Assembly (NCBI GenBank): GCA_900319345.1
Contig: ONNZ01000001.1
Span: 2,739-66,738 of the forward strand
Source of the DNA: an uncultured Eubacteriales bacterium
GTDB taxonomy: Bacteria; Bacillota; Clostridia; Christensenellales; CAG-138
DNA length: 64,000 bases
Direction: 5' to 3'
How positions within the stretch are numbered: position 1 is the first letter of the stretch; each line of letters opens with the position of its first letter. Below the pieces are notes generated by a model. The model made no database searches. It saw only the letters and a program-made list of their open reading frames with translations, and was not told the DNA's origin. This document shows, piece by piece, positions 1 through 7,164 of this stretch. A program made the position numbers and the translations under genes.

Positions 1-425
1 ACGTGGACCGTGGCGTCCAGCTTCGCTTCCTCATTTATATAGGCCAGCATGGAGGTGATGGTGGTTTTCCCGTGGCAGCCGGAGATGGCGGCCACATGGG
101 GATACCGGGCCGAGATCTGCCCCAGGGCCACGCTCCGCTCCATCTCGGGGATGCCGTGCTCCCGGGCGTAGGCCCGCTCCGGGTTATCAGGCTTGATGGC
201 GGCGGAATAGATGACCAGCTCCGCCCCCTCCACCTGTTCCCCCTTCTGGGGGATGGACACGGGGATGCCCAGCTCCTCCAACCGATCCGTGAACTGGGAC
301 CGCTCCCGATCCGAGCCCGTGACCACGTGCCCCTGCTTTTGTAAAATCTGCGCGATACCGCTCATGCTGCATCCGCCCACACCGATGAGGTGGATGCGCT
401 TCACATCGTCCAAACCCACTGCCAC
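1..425 (-). CDS. murC: UDP-N-acetylmuramate--L-alanine ligase MurC, N-terminal part (gene runs off the left edge)
   Basis: Absent from the ORF track because it leaves the window. Reverse-strand translation from GTG 425-423 (GGAGG about 9 nt upstream) reads VAVGLDDVKRIHLIGVGGCSMSGIAQILQKQGHVVTGSDRE...AISGCHGKTTITSMLAYI. This is the Mur-ligase N-terminal dinucleotide fold followed by the GKTT P-loop, the MurC pattern. Confidence 0.85.
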   Translation of the reverse strand, partial: MAVGLDDVKRIHLIGVGGCSMSGIAQILQKQGHVVTGSDRERSQFTDRLEELGIPVSIPQKGEQVEGAELVIYSAAIKPDNPERAYAREHGIPEMERSVALGQISARYPHVAAISGCHGKTTITSMLAYINEEAKLDATVH

Positions 426-484
426 TTGTTTATGCCTCCAACCAGGTTTCCTTATAGTATACGCTCTTGCGACAAAATTAGCAA

Positions 485-1687
485 CTATTCCCCCGCCTTC
501 GCCTGCTGCCTGGCCTTGAGCTCGTCCAGGTCATCGAGCTGGGTGACCCTGGGCGGCTCGCTGCCGTCCAGCATGCGGATGAAGCAGCGGCGGCGCTTGT
601 GCTGCTCCGTGTCGAAGAGCCGCCACATAGACAGCACGTCCTTGTTCATTTCGAGCTGGGGCCCGGTCTCGGCAAACTTGACGCCGTTTTGGATACCCTT
701 CCTGAGCAGGTCCTCCAAAATGACCAGGTTGAGGCCCGCTCCCTTCATGTCCGGCCGCACGGCGATGAGGAGCATGTCGAGCCTTTCGTTCTTCCCCTTG
801 AGGGCCCGGAGGGTGGTGATCCAACCGAAGGGGAATAGCCTTCCCCGGGTCTTCTGGTTGGCCTTCGACAGGGACGGGGCGGCCACGCCGAAGCCCAGCA
901 GCTCGTCCTTGTCGTTGTAGACGAAGCAGGAGGTCTTGTTGCTCACCAGGGGCAGGAACTCCTTGGTGTACTTCTCGATCTGCTTGGGCGTCAGGGGCAC
1001 CATGCCAAAGATGACCTGATACGCCTCGTTGTAGAGGGCGAACACGTCCCTGAGGTACTTGGGCAGGTTCTTTTTATCGGACAGGTCCACCAGCTTCAGG
1101 GCCATGTGCTTCTTGGTGTATTCAACGATCCTCTCCATCCGGGGCGGTACCGCGTCGGGCACGTGGATGAGATACTCCACCCAGTCCACCTCCTTCACGA
1201 AGCCCAGCCGGGCCATGTGATCGAGATAGTAGGGGTAGTTGTAGTACACGAAGAACTGGCTGAGCCGGTCGAAGCCCTCCACCAGCATGCCCTCCCGGTC
1301 CATGTCGGAGAAGCCCTGGGGGCCGTGGATGGCCACGCAGCCCAGCTCCCTGGCGTAGTCGGCGAGGGCCGCGTAGAGGGCGTCCGTGACCTCGGCGTCG
1401 TCGATGAAGTCGAAGAAGGCGAAGCGGAGGTAGTTCACGTCGTTCTTCTCGTTGGCCCTTTTATTCAGGATGCCGGCCACCCGGCCCACGATCTTCCCGT
1501 CCCGATAGGCGAGGAAGCATCGGGCCTCGCAGTATTCGAAGGCCGGATTCTTGTCGGGCATCAAATCGTTGATCTGATCCCCCACCATGTCGGGCACGTA
1601 GTAGGGATCGTTTTTGTAAAGCTTGGTGGGAAAGATGACGAAATCCCGGATCTCCCGCCTGGTTTTTGCAACCTTGATCGTGACCAT
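485..1687 (-). CDS. GNAT-fold N-acyltransferase-like protein (family not resolved)
   Basis: Track ORF 485..1708 starts at GTG. I prefer ATG 1687 (MVTIKVAK..., GAGG upstream, 8 nt after the HIT stop). About 400 aa. AVRPDMKGAGLNLVIL resembles GNAT motif A. The functional assignment is tentative. Confidence 0.5.
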   Translation of the reverse strand: MVTIKVAKTRREIRDFVIFPTKLYKNDPYYVPDMVGDQINDLMPDKNPAFEYCEARCFLAYRDGKIVGRVAGILNKRANEKNDVNYLRFAFFDFIDDAEVTDALYAALADYARELGCVAIHGPQGFSDMDREGMLVEGFDRLSQFFVYYNYPYYLDHMARLGFVKEVDWVEYLIHVPDAVPPRMERIVEYTKKHMALKLVDLSDKKNLPKYLRDVFALYNEAYQVIFGMVPLTPKQIEKYTKEFLPLVSNKTSCFVYNDKDELLGFGVAAPSLSKANQKTRGRLFPFGWITTLRALKGKNERLDMLLIAVRPDMKGAGLNLVILEDLLRKGIQNGVKFAETGPQLEMNKDVLSMWRLFDTEQHKRRRCFIRMLDGSEPPRVTQLDDLDELKARQQAKAGE

Positions 1688-1695
1688 ATCCTGCC

Positions 1696-2034
1696 TCAGT
1701 TGTCCCACTTCAGCGTCTTGCCGCCGATCAGATGCAGATGGAGATGGTGGACGCTCTGGCCCGCGTCGTCCCCCACGTTGGTGATGAGCCGATAGCCGGA
1801 GGCGGCCACGCCCTCGCTCTCGGCGACCTTCCGGGCGCAGGCGAACATATGGCAGAGCAAAGCGTCGTCCTCCGCCGTCAGAGCCTGGGCGCTCTCGATG
1901 TGCTTCTTGGGGATGATGAGCACGTGGACCGGGGCCTGGGGCGCGATGTCCCGAAAGGCGTAGACCAGCTCGTCCTCATAGACTTTGGTGGAGGGGATGT
2001 TCCCCTTGGCGATCTCACAGAATAAACAACTCAT
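1696..2034 (-). CDS. HIT-family (histidine triad) nucleotide hydrolase/transferase
   Basis: These are the last 112 codons of track ORF 1696..2640: MSCLFCEIAKGNIP...GQSVHHLHLHLIGG, carrying the HxHxHxx triad. ATG 2034 overlaps the mtaB stop (ATGA). Confidence 0.9.
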   Translation of the reverse strand: MSCLFCEIAKGNIPSTKVYEDELVYAFRDIAPQAPVHVLIIPKKHIESAQALTAEDDALLCHMFACARKVAESEGVAASGYRLITNVGDDAGQSVHHLHLHLIGGKTLKWDN

Positions 2035-3296
2035 ATCGATTCTCCTTCCGCAATGGTATCCTTTCGTCCCACGATGCGCACGGCGACCAGCTCTCCCGCC
2101 GGTCCCGGGCAGCGCACCCGGACGTAATTTCCCGTATAGCCCGTGCCGTCCTCCTCCATGAGGGCCTGCTGCAGGGTGCCGATCTGGCGGTCGATGAAAA
2201 CCTTCTCCAGCTCGTCCCCCAGGGCGATGAGCTCCCGCGCCCGCCGGGCCTTCTCCTGCCGGGTCAGCTGGCCGGGCATGGACGCCGCCTTGGTGCCGGG
2301 TCGCCTCGAATAGGGGAACACGTGGATGCGGGCAAAGCCCACCTGCCGCAGAAAAGCGGCGGTCTCCTGATGCTCCGCCTCGGTTTCCCCGGGGAAGCCC
2401 GCGATCACGTCCGTGGTAATGGCCGCGTCGGGCATGTAGGCCCGGAGCCGGTCGGCGTTCCTCAAATACTCTGCCGCGGTGTACCGCCGGTTCATGCGCG
2501 CCAAGACCGTGTCCGACCCGGATTGGAGGGACAGGTGGAACTGGTGGCACAGGCTCCGGCTTTGGGCGCAGGTCTGGGCGAAGGCTTCGTCCGCGAACCG
2601 GGGGTCCAGGGAGCCCAGCCTTAGGCGCTCCACCCCGCACTCGTCGCTGAGGCGGATAAGGTCGTTCAGGGTAGGCCTGTCCGCCAAATCCTTGCCGTAC
2701 TCCGTGAGCTCGATGCCCGTCAGCACAATCTCCCGGTACCCCTTCTCCGTCAATGTCGTCAGCTCCCGGCGGCAGCTCTCCATGGACCGGGACCGGAGCG
2801 CCCCTCGGGCGAAGGGGATGGCGCAGTAGGTGCAGAAGCTGACGCAGCCGTCCTGGACCTTCAGGGTGGCCCGGGTGCGGCTGTCGGCCACGGCGGACAG
2901 ATCCTCGAATTGCCGCCGGGAAAAGGGCGGCACGGCGGCCGGGTCCGGCTTCTCCCCCAGCAGGGCTTGCTCCACCAGGGGCACGATGTCCTTCCGGCCT
3001 CCGGTGCCCAGCACCAAATCCACCCCGGGGAGGCTCGCCACCTTCTCCTTGGCCACCTCGCTGTAGCAGCCCACGGCCACGATGAGGGCATCGGGGCTCT
3101 GGGCGTGGGCCCGGGAGAGCATCTGCCGGGACTTCTGGTCCGCCACCGCCGTCACCGTGCAGGTGTTGACGATGTAGGCGTCCGCTTTCTCCGAAAAGTC
3201 CACCACCTGATGGCCCGCCGCCGTGAACAGTTCCGCCATGGCCGCGGTCTCGTAGTGGTTCACCTTGCAGCCCAGGGTGTAGAATGCAACTCTCAC
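2031..3296 (-). CDS. mtaB: tRNA t6A37 methylthiotransferase MtaB (radical SAM MTTase)
   Basis: 421 aa. It has the MTTase N-terminus MRVAFYTLGCKVNHYE, the radical-SAM cluster motif CVSFCTYCAIP and a C-terminal TRAM-like region. It sits in the usual prmA-rsmE-mtaB context. Confidence 0.85.
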   Translation of the reverse strand: MRVAFYTLGCKVNHYETAAMAELFTAAGHQVVDFSEKADAYIVNTCTVTAVADQKSRQMLSRAHAQSPDALIVAVGCYSEVAKEKVASLPGVDLVLGTGGRKDIVPLVEQALLGEKPDPAAVPPFSRRQFEDLSAVADSRTRATLKVQDGCVSFCTYCAIPFARGALRSRSMESCRRELTTLTEKGYREIVLTGIELTEYGKDLADRPTLNDLIRLSDECGVERLRLGSLDPRFADEAFAQTCAQSRSLCHQFHLSLQSGSDTVLARMNRRYTAAEYLRNADRLRAYMPDAAITTDVIAGFPGETEAEHQETAAFLRQVGFARIHVFPYSRRPGTKAASMPGQLTRQEKARRARELIALGDELEKVFIDRQIGTLQQALMEEDGTGYTGNYVRVRCPGPAGELVAVRIVGRKDTIAEGESI

Positions 3297-3299
3297 GCC

Positions 3300-4016
3300 C
3301 TACTCTCCCAATTCAAACAGTATCTCGGCGCACATGGCCATACCCGCGGTCTCGGTGCGAAGGATCCGGGGGCCCAGGGAGACGACCTTCGCCCCCTTCG
3401 CCACCAGGCTATCCACCTCGTCCGATTCGAACCCGCCCTCGGGCCCCACGAACAGGGCGATGCGGCGGCCGGGCCGATCGGCCATGACATTCTTCAAACT
3501 CTGCTCCTTCTCCCCCTCGTAGGCCACGTAGACCGTGTCGAAGATGGACAGGTCCGCCTTCTTCAGCTCCACCAGGGGCAGCACCTCGGGGATCAGGCCC
3601 CGATGGCTCTGCATGGCGGCCTCCCGGGCCACCTTCCGATACCGCTGGAGCTTCTTGTCGAAATCCCGGCCGGGCTGGACCACGCACCGGGCGCTGAGGG
3701 TGGGCACCAGGGCGTTCATGCCCAGCTCCGTGCACTTCTGGAGGATCACCTCCATCTTCCCCGCTTTGGGCAGGCACTGGAACAGGGTCAGCTTGTGGTG
3801 GGGCTCAGAGACGCAGGGCCGCCAGGGGCCGGTCTTCACCCGGGCGCGGACGGGCTCCACCCGGTCGATCTCCCCCTCGCACTCGCTGCCCCTGCCGTCG
3901 GAGAGCATCACGTGGTCCCCCTTCTTGAGGCGCAGCACCGAGGAGAGGTGCTTTAGATCCTCCCCAGCGATGACGGCCCCATCGGGGCCTATGTCGTTGA
4001 CGAAGAAGCGGTTCAT
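3300..4016 (-). CDS. rsmE: 16S rRNA (uracil1498-N3)-methyltransferase RsmE
   Basis: MNRFFV... to ...FVGPEGGFESDEV...LGPRILRTETA is the RsmE signature. Start is taken at ATG 4016, which overlaps the prmA stop (ATGA), rather than the GTG 4031 of the track ORF. Confidence 0.85.
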   Translation of the reverse strand: MNRFFVNDIGPDGAVIAGEDLKHLSSVLRLKKGDHVMLSDGRGSECEGEIDRVEPVRARVKTGPWRPCVSEPHHKLTLFQCLPKAGKMEVILQKCTELGMNALVPTLSARCVVQPGRDFDKKLQRYRKVAREAAMQSHRGLIPEVLPLVELKKADLSIFDTVYVAYEGEKEQSLKNVMADRPGRRIALFVGPEGGFESDEVDSLVAKGAKVVSLGPRILRTETAGMAMCAEILFELGE

Positions 4017-4978
4017 GCGGGGTTCCTGCACAGCATGGCGTACCAGCAGTCGGAGGAGACGACCTCCGTGACCTCGAAGCCCGCCTGCTTCAGCTTCTCT
4101 TCCGTTTCCGCCGCCCGATCGTCGATAATGCCGGAGACGATGAACCAGCCGCCGGGCGATACCACGGTCTTGGCGTAGGGCGCGAGACCGATGATCACAT
4201 CCGCTACGATGTTGGCCGCCACCACGGGATAGGGGCCGCCGATCCTCTGGCGCAGCCCTTCGTCGGCCAGCAGGTTCCCGATATATATCTCGTACCCATC
4301 CTGAGAAAGGCCGTTCATGTCGGCGTTATCCCGGGCCACGGTCTCGGCGATGGGATCGATGTCCACGGCCACGGCCCGCTTGGCCCCCAAAAGCCGGGCG
4401 GCGATGGACAGGATGCCACTGCCGCAGCCCATGTCCAGCATGTCGAGGCCGGGCTCCATGACCCGCTCCAAAAACTCCAGGCACATGCGGGTGGTGTGGT
4501 GGGCGCCGGTGCCGAAGGCCATGCCGGGGTCCAGCTTCAGGACCACCCGGTCCGTCTCGGGCTGCTGCTCCCAGCAGGGGAGCACCAGCAGCCGCTTCCC
4601 GATCAGGAGGGGCTTATAGTACTGCTTCCAGTTGTTGGCCCAATCCTCCTCGTCCACGGTGCGGACGGTGACGGCCAAGGAACCCAAATCCACGCCCAAA
4701 TCCAGCGTGCGGAGCCGTTCGACAGCCGCCTTGGCCGCCTCCACCTTCTCGTAGTTCTCCAGGCAGTCGGCCACGTACCCCTTCACGCAGGGCCGGTCCG
4801 TGCCGATCTTGTCCATGTCGGCAAAGTCCCAGTAGAGCACGCTCTCCCGCAGGAAGGCCGCCGCGGCGGTCCGGCTCTCCTCGATGCTCTGGCCCGTGAT
4901 GCCGGCCCCGTCCAGGGCGGCGCACACATAGTCCAGGCCCTCGTCGGTGGTATAGACGCTGATCTCCAGCCATTTCAT
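4013..4978 (-). CDS. prmA: ribosomal protein L11 methyltransferase PrmA
   Basis: MKWLEISVYT..., DPGMAFGTGAHHTTRMCLE and the SAM-binding DMGCGSGILSIAA match PrmA. Start at ATG 4978; the track ORF extends 22 codons further upstream. Confidence 0.9.
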   Translation of the reverse strand: MKWLEISVYTTDEGLDYVCAALDGAGITGQSIEESRTAAAAFLRESVLYWDFADMDKIGTDRPCVKGYVADCLENYEKVEAAKAAVERLRTLDLGVDLGSLAVTVRTVDEEDWANNWKQYYKPLLIGKRLLVLPCWEQQPETDRVVLKLDPGMAFGTGAHHTTRMCLEFLERVMEPGLDMLDMGCGSGILSIAARLLGAKRAVAVDIDPIAETVARDNADMNGLSQDGYEIYIGNLLADEGLRQRIGGPYPVVAANIVADVIIGLAPYAKTVVSPGGWFIVSGIIDDRAAETEEKLKQAGFEVTEVVSSDCWYAMLCRNPA

Positions 4979-5017
4979 GGACGAATTCTCCCGTTTTCTC
5001 TGTTTTCGTAACAAATT

Positions 5018-5046
5018 ATTATACTCTATTTTCCCGCCGGTCACAA
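5018..5046 (-). promoter_or_regulatory. sigma-A type promoter upstream of prmA
   Basis: On the minus strand: TTGTGA (5046-5041), 17 nt spacer, TATAAT (5023-5018), about 39 nt before the prmA ATG, with a GGGAG RBS in between. Confidence 0.5.
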
Positions 5047-5050
5047 GCCC

Positions 5051-5722
5051 TTATTCCATGGCCAGCTGCAGGTTTTCGCCGGTGATGCCGATAAAGGCAC
5101 CTTTCTTGGCCTGGGGGGAATCCTTGTGGCACAGGAGCCACTTGTTCCTCATCCACAGGAGCCCCGCCTCCCCGGGGGCGGAGGCGTCCACATGAGGCAA
5201 GGGGCCGTTGGTGCCCTCCGTCAGGGCCACCAGGCAGTTGAACCCCTCGGGACGAACCCGGCAGGGGGCGAAGTGGAGGACGAGGGGATGGATCTCCACC
5301 ATGACCTCCGGGGGCAGGTAGAAGCCCACCACGGCGGAGGCGTCGAGATGCCGGTCATGGATATCCCCGGGCAGGGCCAGCAGCAGCACCAGGCCCGTGG
5401 TGGAGTAGTTCACCTCCGAGCACTTGTGGTACTCCTCCGCGTTCAGGGTGAAGCCGTGGCCGTTGCAGCAGCCGGCCTGGACGGCCATACCTCCGTAGAC
5501 CGTCTTCGCCAGGTGCCGGACGTCCGGCGTGGCCTCCAGGACGGGGTCCGAGGCGGTGTAGCAATTCCCCGTCTCCGGTATCCTCGTCTGGACCAGGGCC
5601 GCCCGCAGGGAAGCGGGGTCCAGGACCGGCAGCACCCGCCCGTAGGGGGCGAAAGCAGGGTCGAGGACCGAGAAAAGGGGCAGGTGGGGATTCTTCTTGC
5701 GCAGTTTTTCCAGCATATCCAT
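5051..5722 (-). CDS. DUF4867-family cupin-like protein (candidate sugar isomerase)
   Basis: These are the last 223 codons of track ORF 5051..5980. ATG 5722 has GGAGG 8 nt upstream. MDMLEKLRKKNPHL...CCNGHGFTLNAEEYHKCSEVN...LHFAPCRV matches my memory of DUF4867 proteins. It begins 3 nt after the EamA gene ends. Confidence 0.65.
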   Translation of the reverse strand: MDMLEKLRKKNPHLPLFSVLDPAFAPYGRVLPVLDPASLRAALVQTRIPETGNCYTASDPVLEATPDVRHLAKTVYGGMAVQAGCCNGHGFTLNAEEYHKCSEVNYSTTGLVLLLALPGDIHDRHLDASAVVGFYLPPEVMVEIHPLVLHFAPCRVRPEGFNCLVALTEGTNGPLPHVDASAPGEAGLLWMRNKWLLCHKDSPQAKKGAFIGITGENLQLAME

Positions 5723-5724
5723 GG

Positions 5725-6633
5725 TTACGCCTCCGCTTTCTTTTGGTTCAGCTTCCCCCGAAGGAGGATGACGGCGGCCCCCAGGAGCACCACCCCGATG
5801 CCCAGGACCTTCTTCGCCGTCAGCACCTCGTGGAGAAACAGCACGCCGATGAGGCAGCTGACCACGGGCATGAGCAGGAGCCACAGCTTCACCACCCACA
5901 CCTCGTGGCGCTTCAGATTCCGATAATAGAAGAAATAGATACAGGTTTGGGCCAGGCCCCCCAAAGCCACCAGCCCCCAAAAGTGAGGGATCGCGGACGG
6001 GGTCAGGGCCTGCAGGTCCCCCCGCATGAGGGCGAAGGCGGCGAAGAGGACCAGGACCGTGAAGTTATTGTAGTAGGAGATGCTGTCGGTGTTCCGGCCG
6101 TGCCTCTCCTGAGCCGCCTTGATGAGGAAGGCGTTCACCGTGACGCACAGGGCGCTCAAGAGGAAGAACAGGTCCGCAGGCCGGAAGGCGAAGGAACGGA
6201 AGTCCAGCCCCAGCACCAGCAGCACGCCCAGGAGCATCACGAGGCTCCCCAGCCAGTCGGAAGCATACAGCTTCTTATGGTACACCGCCACGGTGATGAG
6301 GTTCACCATGAGCACGTCGGTCTTGAGGAGGGCCGTGCCGGTGCTCAGGGTGCCGCCCGCGTAACCGAGATTGGCGAACAGGTCCAGCAAAAACCCGAAC
6401 ACGCCGATGACCACCAGGAGGAGCGCCGCCCTGCCCTGGTGAAAGAGGGCTTTGAACTGGCCGTCGGCCACCAGCTGGACGGTCAGAAACACCAGGGCCC
6501 CCAGGCGCAGCAGGAACCCAGCCGCGAAGGGGGAGCCCGTGGCGTCCACCATGTGCTTGCTGACGGCGTAGAAGACGGACCAAGCCACCACCATGCCGGC
6601 GATCATGGCCTCGTCCCGGAGTTTGCCGTTCAT
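5725..6633 (-). CDS. EamA/DMT-superfamily transporter (putative metabolite exporter)
   Basis: 302 aa, about ten hydrophobic helices arranged as two EamA-type repeats. It is operonic between the rpiB-like gene and the DUF4867 gene. Confidence 0.8.
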   Translation of the reverse strand: MNGKLRDEAMIAGMVVAWSVFYAVSKHMVDATGSPFAAGFLLRLGALVFLTVQLVADGQFKALFHQGRAALLLVVIGVFGFLLDLFANLGYAGGTLSTGTALLKTDVLMVNLITVAVYHKKLYASDWLGSLVMLLGVLLVLGLDFRSFAFRPADLFFLLSALCVTVNAFLIKAAQERHGRNTDSISYYNNFTVLVLFAAFALMRGDLQALTPSAIPHFWGLVALGGLAQTCIYFFYYRNLKRHEVWVVKLWLLLMPVVSCLIGVLFLHEVLTAKKVLGIGVVLLGAAVILLRGKLNQKKAEA

Positions 6634-6648
6634 GGGCGCTCCCTGCGC

Positions 6649-7125
6649 TCAGCCGCCGTAGACGCCGTCCTCGATGGCGCTGACCTTGGCGGCGAACTTG
6701 TGCATATTCACGGCCCGCCAGTCCTCCAGATCCTGGCACCAGGCGGTAGTGAGGAAGGTCTTCACCATCTCCACGGCCATCTCGGGCCCCACGATCCAGC
6801 CGCCCATACAGAGGACGTTGGCGTTGTTGATGGCCCGGGCCATCTTGGCGGAATAAACGCCTTCACAGGCTACGGCGTAGACGCCCTTATACTTATTCGA
6901 TACCACGCTCATGCCTGCGCCGGTGCCGCAGATCAAAACGGCCTTCTCATAGGTGCCGTTTTGGACCAGGGGGGCCACCTCGCTGGCCACCTGGTAGTAG
7001 GGGTGGACATCGCCCAGATCGGTGGTGCCCAGGTCGTCGAACTCCACGCCTGCCTCCACCAGATATGCCTTCACGGCCTCCTTGGCCGCAAACCCGGACT
7101 TGTCGCTGCCGATGGCGATCTTCAT
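6649..7125 (-). CDS. RpiB/LacA/LacB-family sugar(-phosphate) isomerase, divergent C-terminus
   Basis: 158 aa. MKIAIGSDKSGF...LICGTGAGMSVVSNK...ANVLCMG is the RpiB fold, with the catalytic Cys in CGTG. AGGAGG RBS upstream. Confidence 0.8.
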   Translation of the reverse strand: MKIAIGSDKSGFAAKEAVKAYLVEAGVEFDDLGTTDLGDVHPYYQVASEVAPLVQNGTYEKAVLICGTGAGMSVVSNKYKGVYAVACEGVYSAKMARAINNANVLCMGGWIVGPEMAVEMVKTFLTTAWCQDLEDWRAVNMHKFAAKVSAIEDGVYGG

Positions 7126-7164
7126 AGCGTATTTCCTCCTAAATGTTTTTCCTTTGTTTTTTTC

